Assembly: GCA_018897195.1 (NCBI GenBank)
Contig: JAHILH010000001.1
Location: forward strand, 348,565-412,564
Origin: Patescibacteria group bacterium
GTDB taxonomy: Bacteria > Patescibacteriota > Patescibacteriia > Patescibacteriales > UBA12075
Reading direction: 5' to 3'
Length of the DNA stretch: 64,000 nucleotides
The stretch's first letter is position 1. The number at the start of each line of letters is the position of its first letter. A program made the position numbers and the translations under genes. The notes under the pieces are model-generated. The model ran no database searches and was not told the DNA's origin. It saw only the letters and a program-made list of their open reading frames with translations. Shown here in pieces: positions 52,931 through 64,000 of this stretch.

Positions 52931-53680
52931 TTATTTCTTCAATTTCTCTTCAATTAGACTTCTTAATCCCTTGCGACTCTCTCCAGAACTATCCGTAAAA
53001 TCCTCAAAAGGAATAGCTCCTGGAACCGGCTCTCCATTAATAAAACTAGCCGGGGTACCATTAACGCCAAATTCTTTTGCCTCAAGCTGTGATAATGTAA
53101 TTGCTTTTTTATATTTTTCCGTATCTAGGCATTCATTAAACTTAACCTGATCCAGGCCCAATTCTTTGGCATTCTGTTTGTAATTAGTAATACTCAAGGC
53201 ATTGTCCTGAGAATCTTGGAATAACTGATCATGCATCTCCCAAAACTTCCCCTGCTCGCCGGCGCATTCAGCTGCTACTGCTGCTGGAATCGCGTCGGTA
53301 TGTGAAAGCAAAGGATAATGACGAAAAGCAATAACAACTTTATTACCAAAAGTCTCCTCAACCTGTTTCAGGCTATTTACAAACTTCAAACAAAAAGGAC
53401 ATTCAAAGTCACTATAAACAATCACTTGAACCGGTGCTTCCAACTCGCCCTTGCGATGATCATTTTCATCAATCGGTCTTACTGTTTTCACGCTCATCTT
53501 ATTAGCCTTATCGATGGCATCCTTATTTGAGTCTTTATTTTTTTGCGCCTCATCATTAACAATATGTACGTCGGCCGGCTTTTTTGAATTCCTTGAATTA
53601 AAGAAATAAAGACCACCAACGATTATAACCAATATAATACAAGCTATCGCTAATATATTTATGATATTAAGTTTTTTCAT
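52931..53680 (-). CDS. DsbA-family thiol:disulfide oxidoreductase, membrane anchored
   Basis: VIVYSDFECPFCLKF (CPFC active site) and an N-terminal TM segment. Confidence 0.85.
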   Translation of the reverse strand: MKKLNIINILAIACIILVIIVGGLYFFNSRNSKKPADVHIVNDEAQKNKDSNKDAIDKANKMSVKTVRPIDENDHRKGELEAPVQVIVYSDFECPFCLKFVNSLKQVEETFGNKVVIAFRHYPLLSHTDAIPAAVAAECAGEQGKFWEMHDQLFQDSQDNALSITNYKQNAKELGLDQVKFNECLDTEKYKKAITLSQLEAKEFGVNGTPASFINGEPVPGAIPFEDFTDSSGESRKGLRSLIEEKLKK

Positions 53681-53693
53681 AAAATAATATTTA

Positions 53694-55136
53694 TTATATT
53701 AATGCCTTTTTCTGATGCCAATCTGTTACCTCTTGATATTTTTTACCAAAAGCAAACAAGGTTGTCTCGTCAAATCTTTTACCAATCAACTGGATCCCCA
53801 CGGGCATTTCATCAACAAAGCCACCCGGAATTGATATCGCTGGTAAACCAGCCAAAGATGCTGGTGACAAGAAAATATCTTCCAAATACATCTTCAAAGG
53901 ATCATCAGATTGATCACCAATCTTAAAAGCAATATCTGGCTGGGTTGGCGTAATAATAATATCCACTTTTTCCAATTCTCGGTCAAGCTCATCTTTAATC
54001 TTGGTTCGCACCTTCTGCGCCTTTAAATAATAGGCGTCAAAATAACCAGCCGATAAAACAAAGGTGCCGAGCATGATACGACGCTTCGCCTCCGGACCAA
54101 AGCCCTTACCGCGACTTTGCTTATAAACTTCTAATAAATTCTTCGCCTCAACATCACTAAAACCGTAACGAATACCGTCAAAGCGCGCTAAGTTTGAGCT
54201 AACCTCACTTGGAGTAATAATATAATAAACCGGGATGCCATATTTTGCGTGCGGTAAAGTAATCGGCACAATCTCAGCGCCTTGCTCTTTAAACTTCGCA
54301 ATCGCGTCATTAACTATTTTCAAAATCTTTTCATCTGTGCCTTTAAAAAATTCTTCAGGCACACCAATCTTCTTACGCTTAATATTTGACTGACTCATTT
54401 TTGTTGCCGGCGCATCCACGGTTGTAGCATCATGCTCATCAATGCCCTCCATAACACTTAGAACAATTTCCGCATCCGCAACATCTTTAGTAATTGGTCC
54501 GGGCACATCAGTGGAACTCGTCATCGACACTAAACCAAAACGAGAACTGCGTCCATAGGTTGGTTTCAATCCAGTGAGATTACAAAAACTAGCTGGACAG
54601 CGTACTGATCCACCTGTATCAGTACCCATCGCAAATAAACACATATCGGAGGCCACAACAGCGGCTGGTCCACTTGATGAACCACCGGCTACACGCGTTA
54701 AATCCCAAGGATTGTGTGTTGCGCCATAAGCACTATTTTCACCACTCGCACCATGCGCAAATTCATCCATATTCGCCTTACCCAAAAGGACCGCACCCGC
54801 TTTTCTCAATTTTTTGATAATTGTCGCATCGTAAGGTGCAATATAATTGTCCAAGATCTTCGATGCTGCCGTGGTGCGCACACCCTTAGTTAAAATATTA
54901 TCTTTAGCAATGTATGGTATTCCTAATAAAGGCCCGGTTTCGCCTTTAGCCCGACGCTCATCAGCGAGCTCCGCTTCCTTCATTGCCTCTTCTTCACAAA
55001 AAGTTAAAACCGCATTCAACTTATCGTTCAATTCACGCATCCGCTCCAAACAATCCCGAGTAATATCAACCGAGCTAATTTCCCCTTGCTCCATTTTCTC
55101 CTGTGCCTGTTTAATTGTTAATTTATTTAATTTCAT
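53694..55136 (-). CDS. gatA: Asp/Glu-tRNA(Asn/Gln) amidotransferase subunit A
   Basis: Amidase signature GGSSSGPAAVVA and KDNILTKGVRTTAASKIL. Start set at MKLNKLTIKQAQ (ATG 55136), directly after the gatC stop. Confidence 0.92.
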   Translation of the reverse strand: MKLNKLTIKQAQEKMEQGEISSVDITRDCLERMRELNDKLNAVLTFCEEEAMKEAELADERRAKGETGPLLGIPYIAKDNILTKGVRTTAASKILDNYIAPYDATIIKKLRKAGAVLLGKANMDEFAHGASGENSAYGATHNPWDLTRVAGGSSSGPAAVVASDMCLFAMGTDTGGSVRCPASFCNLTGLKPTYGRSSRFGLVSMTSSTDVPGPITKDVADAEIVLSVMEGIDEHDATTVDAPATKMSQSNIKRKKIGVPEEFFKGTDEKILKIVNDAIAKFKEQGAEIVPITLPHAKYGIPVYYIITPSEVSSNLARFDGIRYGFSDVEAKNLLEVYKQSRGKGFGPEAKRRIMLGTFVLSAGYFDAYYLKAQKVRTKIKDELDRELEKVDIIITPTQPDIAFKIGDQSDDPLKMYLEDIFLSPASLAGLPAISIPGGFVDEMPVGIQLIGKRFDETTLFAFGKKYQEVTDWHQKKALI

Positions 55137-55137
55137 A

Positions 55138-57954
<2,817 letters not shown>

Positions 57955-57964
57955 TTTTTTTAAA

Positions 57965-58561
57965 TTAGTATGTATACTCTCGTGATGAAACCGTTGTCTG
58001 CATTCGAAGATTCATTTTGGGCCCGTTATTCATTTCTGCCTCCACCATTATGGTTATACTAGGCTGAAAAGTTACATCGACGTTGGCAACGGTATCATTA
58101 TTTACAAATTTTAAACTTATGATGTTTAATTCGTTTGGCGTTATATAGCCCTCACTAGCATCTCTCTTAATGCGCAATCTATCATCAACCAAATCGTAAA
58201 CAACGCACTGTCCGTAAACATTTTTAAAATATAAAGCAGTAGACATCTCTACGCCATCATTGCTAATATTATTAAAAATTTTAAAATGTCCAGAGACTGG
58301 TTTCAGTGCACCGCAATCACTCCCAGCGTATAATCCTTGTGCAGTTCTTAACTCTTTGCCCATTGTCTCAATGGCAAAACGCAAGGACTCCTGGGTAACC
58401 TGTGAACTCATTGACTGTCTTTGATAATTAACAATATTTATATAAATACCATTAACCATTAAAGTTACAATCACAAAAACGCCTGTCGCCACAGTTAACT
58501 CTAGCAATGATATGCCTTGTTGAAACTTTTTAAATTTTAATGAAATTGTTTTCATTTGCAA
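57965..58561 (-). CDS. Type IV pilin-like (prepilin-type N-terminal cleavage/methylation) protein
   Basis: QQG|ISLLELTVATGVFVIV class III signal peptide. Confidence 0.7.
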   Translation of the reverse strand: MQMKTISLKFKKFQQGISLLELTVATGVFVIVTLMVNGIYINIVNYQRQSMSSQVTQESLRFAIETMGKELRTAQGLYAGSDCGALKPVSGHFKIFNNISNDGVEMSTALYFKNVYGQCVVYDLVDDRLRIKRDASEGYITPNELNIISLKFVNNDTVANVDVTFQPSITIMVEAEMNNGPKMNLRMQTTVSSREYTY

Positions 58562-58579
58562 TCAATATATATTTAATAA

Positions 58580-59086
58580 TCAACGCCAATCATACAATAA
58601 AGTCTCAGCAATATAGTCATGATTTTTGCCACTCTGACTCCAGCGAACAGTTGATTTTACATTTATAAACTCAGGGTTCGTACGAGACACCGTAATTAAT
58701 CTCTTAAAAATAGTGCTGGTGGCGCCAGTGTGCCCATAAAAACCATATTCATCCATCTTTATGTCAGTCGCCGAGCTGCTAAAATCTTGACCCGTTGATT
58801 CAAACCCATAAAAATCAATTGTCGACGTAGCTGGTATGCCATCATCAAAACTTACAGGTGGATCTATTAACCAATTAGTGTCACGAACCTCTCTAACCAA
58901 CTCCAATCCCTCTTGCGCCAACATGGACGCGATTAAATTATTTTTATTCAACGTCTGAGTGAGAACATTTCGCGTCATCAAAGACAAAACACCCATCATG
59001 CCGACACTTACTATGCCAATCGCGACCATCACCTCAATAATCGAAAAAGCTGTATTATTATTAATTTGTTTTAAAAAATTTTTCAT
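58580..59086 (-). CDS. Type IV minor pilin (PilV-like)
   Basis: NNTA|FSIIEVMVAIGIVSVGMMGV prepilin motif with Ala at -1. Confidence 0.65.
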   Translation of the reverse strand: MKNFLKQINNNTAFSIIEVMVAIGIVSVGMMGVLSLMTRNVLTQTLNKNNLIASMLAQEGLELVREVRDTNWLIDPPVSFDDGIPATSTIDFYGFESTGQDFSSSATDIKMDEYGFYGHTGATSTIFKRLITVSRTNPEFINVKSTVRWSQSGKNHDYIAETLLYDWR

Positions 59087-59095
59087 TTTAATGTA

Positions 59096-59611
59096 TTAAT
59101 CAACATCAACTAAACCGAAGATGTTCACTTCTATCACTTTAGTATTAGTGTCGTCATAATTTGACAAACCAATCATTGCACTACTTACTGCGCCCGGATT
59201 AATAGCAATTTTTGGATCTGGCGGCGCATAAACCAAAGAAATCTGTGCACTTGGGTGAACATCCATTATTTTTACGCCCTTTGGCAGATTAACAACTTGG
59301 TAGTCCGTATCACCACTATCTCTTAAGTTGTCCTGATCATTGTCTGCAAAAATTATATACTTACCATTATTATCCTTGTCAAAATAAACCCCCCAATAAC
59401 CCTTATTAGTGCCGACAATTTTCCCATTCAAGGCATAGCTCTGCGTTTTATGAATATCACTGCTTAAGTTTTGTGCCGCCAAAGACACGGAATTTTTTTT
59501 ACCTATAGACGCATAATTAACAATTGTTACGGCTGATAGTATGCCAATAATGGCGATAGTTACCATTATCTCCATCAAACTAAAACCTGATTGTTCGTGT
59601 GAAAAATTCAT
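59096..59611 (-). CDS. Type IV minor pilin / GspH-FimT-like pseudopilin
   Basis: EQSG|FSLMEIMVTIAIIGILSAV is a canonical prepilin motif. Confidence 0.75.
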   Translation of the reverse strand: MNFSHEQSGFSLMEIMVTIAIIGILSAVTIVNYASIGKKNSVSLAAQNLSSDIHKTQSYALNGKIVGTNKGYWGVYFDKDNNGKYIIFADNDQDNLRDSGDTDYQVVNLPKGVKIMDVHPSAQISLVYAPPDPKIAINPGAVSSAMIGLSNYDDTNTKVIEVNIFGLVDVD

Positions 59612-59681
59612 AAATAAAATTTGTATCCTCTTAATCTATAGCCTTAGAAACGGTGGCTATTATTTAAAAATTATTTTATTA

Positions 59682-60482
59682 CTAAACTCCAATAAAACCA
59701 AAATACCACCTTAATAAAGGATCCCCCCAGAATAAAGTCACAATTGTGGCGACCGATAGAAACACGCCAAAAGGAACATGTGAGCTCCATTTCTTTTTAC
59801 CAAATACAATTAAACCTATTCCTATAAAAGCCCCGGCGATATATGCCAACATTAAGGCGGTAATAATCTGAGGCCAACCCAGGGCGATGCCCATTAAAAA
59901 TCCAAGCCGAATGTCGCCACCGCCTATCCATTTTCCTTTCGAAATAATAAATTGTAACAAGAAAAAACCACCCCCTATTATACCCGAAAGCAACAGGCTT
60001 TGCCAGCTTATTCCCAGAACTAAATTTAAGACAAAAAGTACAGCAATTGATGGCAAGGTTATCACATCTAAAATAAGATACCAGCGTAAATCATAGATAA
60101 AGACAATAATCATTGTCGAAATCAAAAAAAAGTCACGAAATAAAGTTATAAAAAATATATAATTAGGCAATTGTCCTCCCAAGACCGACCCACCGCGGGC
60201 GGAAAAATTAAACGCAAGCATGAATAACAAACCCGTAATCAACTCCACAAGCGGATACTGAAAAGATATTCGCATTTTACAACCGCGACATTTTCCGAGT
60301 AAAAACAAATAGCTCAAAACTGGGACATTGTCATACCACGCAATTGCCTTTCCGCACTTAGGACATTTGGAACGCTCCATCATACTCTCACCGGTATGCA
60401 GACGCCAAATTAAGGCATTTAAAAAAGAGCCGATAATTAAACCGAAAAGAAGTGCAAAAAATGAAAAAATTGAATAATCCAT
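59682..60482 (-). CDS. pilD: Prepilin peptidase (A24 family)
   Basis: CPKCGKAIAWYDNVPVLSYLFLLGKCRGCKMRI Zn-binding region and GGGDIRLG catalytic Asp block. Confidence 0.9.
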   Translation of the reverse strand: MDYSIFSFFALLFGLIIGSFLNALIWRLHTGESMMERSKCPKCGKAIAWYDNVPVLSYLFLLGKCRGCKMRISFQYPLVELITGLLFMLAFNFSARGGSVLGGQLPNYIFFITLFRDFFLISTMIIVFIYDLRWYLILDVITLPSIAVLFVLNLVLGISWQSLLLSGIIGGGFFLLQFIISKGKWIGGGDIRLGFLMGIALGWPQIITALMLAYIAGAFIGIGLIVFGKKKWSSHVPFGVFLSVATIVTLFWGDPLLRWYFGFIGV

Positions 60483-60492
60483 TGATTAATTG

Positions 60493-60942
60493 TTAATATA
60501 ATTTCCCAGGCACAGCAATGTGCTTACCCATCGGCACTCGCCCAGCCTTGCCATCCAAGGAATAATACAACTGATAGCTAGTCGCATCAGCTAATCCCGC
60601 TTGACATGTATACGGGCCACTGCCCACGCAGGGAAGATAATAATACGGCGCATTTGTCTTGGGGTCTGATGGCACAAAAGATAAATATGGACCACCACAC
60701 TCCTCGTCTCCGATTACACCACCCGGTTTTACTTCAGTCGGATACTTATTGCAATTAAAATAATATAATTCAAGAGCATTTTGCATCTGCACCACGTCAG
60801 TCACTCGAACGGTATCACGATTATTTCTCTGTGAATTATTCAGGGCAATTCCCGCCACCAAAGCAATCAAGCCAACAACGGCAATAAGAAGCAAAATTTC
60901 TTTTAAATTTAATTCATGTTTAACAGTCTCTCTAATAATCAT
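60493..60942 (-). CDS. Pilin-like protein with GspG/PulG-type core but non-canonical N-terminal processing motif
   Basis: The post-TM segment NRDTVRVTDVVQMQNALELYYFNCNKYP matches pilin/pseudopilin cores. The N-terminus reads HELNLKEILLLIAVVGLIALV, with no Gly at -1 and no F/M-T-L-I-E. Confidence 0.5.
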   Translation of the reverse strand: MIIRETVKHELNLKEILLLIAVVGLIALVAGIALNNSQRNNRDTVRVTDVVQMQNALELYYFNCNKYPTEVKPGGVIGDEECGGPYLSFVPSDPKTNAPYYYLPCVGSGPYTCQAGLADATSYQLYYSLDGKAGRVPMGKHIAVPGKLY

Positions 60943-60973
60943 ATTAATTATACAAATTATTAATTATGTAAAC

Positions 60974-60982
60974 ATTATAACA
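60974..60982 (-). promoter_or_regulatory. Extended -10 element (TGtTATAAT) upstream of the pilin cluster
   Basis: The minus strand reads taTGTTATAATgtttacataattaataatttgtataattaatATG. Confidence 0.35.
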
Positions 60983-61000
60983 TAAAAGAAAGAAAGAAAC

Positions 61001-61028
61001 AAAAAAACGCGTTTACACGCGTTTTTTT
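61001..61028. terminator. Bidirectional intrinsic terminator after secF
   Basis: AAAAAAACGCG-TTTACA-CGCGTTTTTTT. Confidence 0.75.
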
Positions 61029-61052
61029 AAGACATTCTATTATTATAAATAT

Positions 61053-62054
61053 TTACCTCTTACCTACCTTCTCCCAGATTACCAAAATTGGGCTAGCAAT
61101 AAAAATCGAGGAATAAGTTCCGACAAAAACACCAATGGCTAGGGCAGACACGAATGATCTAATTGTTTCGCCACCAAAAAGAATAATTGCAGTTAGCGCC
61201 AACATCACAATCAATGATGTGTTAATTGATCGGGACAAAGTTTGAACTACAGACATATTAACCGTGCCCTCAAAATCCAAACTGCTTTTTGGTAAATTTT
61301 CTCTAATTCTATCGAAAACCACAATGGTATCATTAACTGAATAACCCAAAACTGTAAGAATCGCAGCCACAAAGGGAGTCCCAATTTCCACACCATAAAA
61401 ATGTCCCAAAAAGGCAAAAACACCTAAGGTAATGAAGACATCATGGAATAAGGCCACGATTGAAGCTACGCCATACTTCCAAGAAGCAACTGGCTTTGAC
61501 ACCTTATTAAAGGCAACAGCCATAAAAATAGCAATTGCCAATAAAACAATAATGCCAGCATTAAAAGATTTTGCTTTTAATTCATTGCCAATTGTCGGTC
61601 CAACTGACTCGAAACGAATTTCAGAAACTTGAGCCTTTCCCGCCTCAGCTTCATTGCTAGTTGTCTCGATTACAATATTTTTGTTGTCTGTTTTTATTTC
61701 TTCACTCTTTTTTGAAGCTTCTTTCTTATCAACAGTAGCTTCACCTCCAGCCATCTTATTCAATTTCACCATAACTTCTTGATGTTTTTCCTCAGTCACA
61801 TCTTGAAATCTAATAATCATCCCCTTTTCTCCTATTGGTTGCACGACAAGGCTTCCTAAATTCAAATCACTTACTGAAGATTGAACTTCATTAACAGTCG
61901 GTCTGTTAGCTGAAAATTCTACCTCCAAAAGACTTCCTCCGGTAAAATCGATTCCGAATTTTAAGCCCCACATAATCAACATTACTGCTGAAGTAGCGAC
62001 TAATAAACCAGAAATTGATAACCATATTTTTCTTGTTTTGATAATATTAATCAT
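61053..62054 (-). CDS. secF: Protein translocase subunit SecF
   Basis: LKFGIDFTGGSLLEVEF and C-terminal RND-like TM bundle VNDTIVVFDRIRE. Confidence 0.9.
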   Translation of the reverse strand: MINIIKTRKIWLSISGLLVATSAVMLIMWGLKFGIDFTGGSLLEVEFSANRPTVNEVQSSVSDLNLGSLVVQPIGEKGMIIRFQDVTEEKHQEVMVKLNKMAGGEATVDKKEASKKSEEIKTDNKNIVIETTSNEAEAGKAQVSEIRFESVGPTIGNELKAKSFNAGIIVLLAIAIFMAVAFNKVSKPVASWKYGVASIVALFHDVFITLGVFAFLGHFYGVEIGTPFVAAILTVLGYSVNDTIVVFDRIRENLPKSSLDFEGTVNMSVVQTLSRSINTSLIVMLALTAIILFGGETIRSFVSALAIGVFVGTYSSIFIASPILVIWEKVGKR

Positions 62055-62084
62055 AAAATATAAATTAAATTTAATAAATTAAAA

Positions 62085-64000
62085 CTATTTCTTCACAGCT
62101 CCCACTAGCCATTTATTATTTTCAAACCAGCTAACTGGCAACAAATCGAATAATAATCTAGTAAAAATAATCGCTGAGAACATTGACACAACTACACCCA
62201 AGCCTAAAGTAATAGCAAAACCTTTTACTGTACTAGTTGATAGCTGAATCAATACAAAACAAGTAATTAAGGTTGACAGATTTCCGTCACGAATAGACGG
62301 CCAAGCGCGATTAAATGATTCACGAATTGCCATGCTTAGCGGTTTGCCACTGCGCATTTCTTCTTTTAATCTTTCAAAGATTAATACATTGGCATCAACT
62401 GCAATACCCATTGACAAAACAATACCAGCAATACCAGACAAGGTCATTGTTACCGGCCAAATCTTAAAGATTGCTAAAAGTAAAACACCATAAACAAACA
62501 AAGAAATAACTGATAAAATACCCGCAAAACGATAGTATAAAATCATAAAGACCGCAATAAAAATTAGGCCGATAACACCCGCTCGCAAACTTGTCCTCAA
62601 GGACTCATTACCAAGAGAAGCGCCCACTGTTTGTTGACCTACTAAGTTAATTGGCACAGGCAAGGCACCAGCATTCAATCTCTGTGCTAATAATTTTGCC
62701 TCTTGGATATTAAAGCTACCAGAAATAACCGCTTTTCCACCGGAAATCTTTTCATTTACATTTGGACTACTGATAACATAACCATCCAAAAAGATTGCCA
62801 CCTGTTTGTTCACATTACGCGCGGTAATATCTTCAAAGAATTTTGCCCCCTGTTCATCAAATTCCAAAGACACTTGTGGTTGATTTGAATTTGGATCAAA
62901 CTGTACTGAAGCTCTTTTTAAGTTTTTGCCACTTAATTCAGTATTTTTCCAATTCTTATCAGTGCCAGCCACATCTTGTGGCGTCATTGATCTAGTAAAA
63001 ATACGACTCACTTTATATTCATAAGACTCTCTCTCGCCTTCTTTTAAAATAATGTGGTAGCCGAATTTAGTTTCAACAACAAAGGAAATCTCGCCCACTT
63101 TTTGTGCAAATACCGCATCAGAAAAAGGCTCAACCATTGCTGCCTTACCAAACCAACCCAAATCACCGCCATTAGCAGCGCCTGGATCATTGGAGTATTC
63201 TTTAGCCAAGCTAGCAAAGTTTTTTGGAGTAGCCTTGGCTTTAATTTCCTTGATTTTTGCATAAGCCGCCTCTTTGCTAATTTCTTTAGTACAACCTTCA
63301 GAGCCTGTATAACAAATTAAAATATGTGAAGCTTTTACCTCTTTTTCAATTTGCTTGTCGTCAAAAGGATTTGTCTTTTTTCTTTTTTCTTCTAATTTAT
63401 AAATATCAAAACCATTGGCCGCACGAACTAGATCACTAGAAGTTTTGCCCACAGTCATATCTTTTACTTTAGCTACAATTCCCGGATCGGTAGATTCGTT
63501 AATCCAACCCAAATCACCGCCATTATCCTTGGTGTTTGTGTCTTCACTAAACTCTTTAGCCAAAGCTGCAAAATCACCACCAGAAATTACCTTACCCAAG
63601 ACACTTTCCGCCCGCTTCTCCGCTTCCTTATTAAAAGTATCAATCTTGTCTTGTCCTGCCTTATCCAATTGAGGCGCCTCAGTACCCTCTTCTTTGAATT
63701 CTAATAATGGAGTTTCACCAATCATTTTAATCGCTTGATTAACATCTTTAATGCCGGCTAATTCTACAATCACCCGATAATCGCCACCAGAACTATTGGT
63801 CTGCACCAAAGGCTCACTTACGCCGAATGCATTTACTCTTTTTTCGATTACATCACGAACGCCTTCTAGGGCTACAACTTGATCGCCACTAGGAACCTTG
63901 GACATGTCAGCTTGATAAACTAAATGCGTACCTCCTTGCAAATCAAGCCCTAGTCGAAAAGGAATCTCCTTGGTCTTCGGCAATTGCACAACGTTGTGAG
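62085..64000 (-). CDS. secD: Protein translocase subunit SecD with an inserted tandem parvulin (PpiC) region; 5' end probably outside the window
   Basis: SecD blocks LGLDLQGG, RVNAFGVSEP, VAIFLDGYVISSPNV, QQTVGASLG, DANVLIFERLKEE. Track residues ~101-345 are parvulin-like. The track start is a GTG at 63989 and no N-terminal TM helix is present, so the true start likely lies beyond 64000. Confidence 0.85.
   Translation of the reverse strand, partial: HNVVQLPKTKEIPFRLGLDLQGGTHLVYQADMSKVPSGDQVVALEGVRDVIEKRVNAFGVSEPLVQTNSSGGDYRVIVELAGIKDVNQAIKMIGETPLLEFKEEGTEAPQLDKAGQDKIDTFNKEAEKRAESVLGKVISGGDFAALAKEFSEDTNTKDNGGDLGWINESTDPGIVAKVKDMTVGKTSSDLVRAANGFDIYKLEEKRKKTNPFDDKQIEKEVKASHILICYTGSEGCTKEISKEAAYAKIKEIKAKATPKNFASLAKEYSNDPGAANGGDLGWFGKAAMVEPFSDAVFAQKVGEISFVVETKFGYHIILKEGERESYEYKVSRIFTRSMTPQDVAGTDKNWKNTELSGKNLKRASVQFDPNSNQPQVSLEFDEQGAKFFEDITARNVNKQVAIFLDGYVISSPNVNEKISGGKAVISGSFNIQEAKLLAQRLNAGALPVPINLVGQQTVGASLGNESLRTSLRAGVIGLIFIAVFMILYYRFAGILSVISLFVYGVLLLAIFKIWPVTMTLSGIAGIVLSMGIAVDANVLIFERLKEEMRSGKPLSMAIRESFNRAWPSIRDGNLSTLITCFVLIQLSTSTVKGFAITLGLGVVVSMFSAIIFTRLLFDLLPVSWFENNKWLVGAVKK

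Noticed and set aside
52863-53150. ORF 52863..53150 (+), 95 aa
   Set aside because: It overlaps tRNA-Ser and is antisense to the well-supported DsbA-like gene, so it is spurious.

Overview
The gene content is consistent with a small-genome, CPR/Patescibacteria-like bacterium, though I cannot verify the lineage. It includes a type IV pilus module, secDF, ligA, gatCA, miaAB, def-fmt, ftsEX and a class A PBP, plus many short hypothetical genes. The standard genetic code appears to be in use. Composition is very uneven. Single 60-nt lines counted by hand range from 12/60 GC in the glycan locus to 38/60 GC in ligA. Two low-GC accessory blocks stand out. The first is a defence island at about 7.7-13.8 kb: a co-directional dam / GmrSD-like (DUF262-DUF1524) / PD-ExK nuclease / methyltransferase operon. 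It is followed by a RhuM gene bracketed by two ~212-bp direct repeats and a decapitated radC. The second is a ~20 kb Wzx/Wzy-type glycan locus (32.8-52.8 kb) that abuts tRNA-Ser. It contains a 13-gene minus-strand operon that opens with an excisionase-type HTH gene behind a consensus promoter with three 10-bp-phased TTGACAC-like repeats. That operon also holds a nucleotidyltransferase-methyltransferase fusion coupled to an HprK-like P-loop kinase. Other items worth a second look: SecD carrying a ~245-aa tandem parvulin (PpiC) insertion, an RlpA/DD-carboxypeptidase fusion upstream of ftsEX, an orphan promoter-terminator unit (candidate ~150-nt sRNA), REP-like palindromes in and next to miaB, leaderless-type promoters, and a tandem pair of Cys-rich secreted paralogs. 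I found no CRISPR array, rRNA, transposase or integrase.
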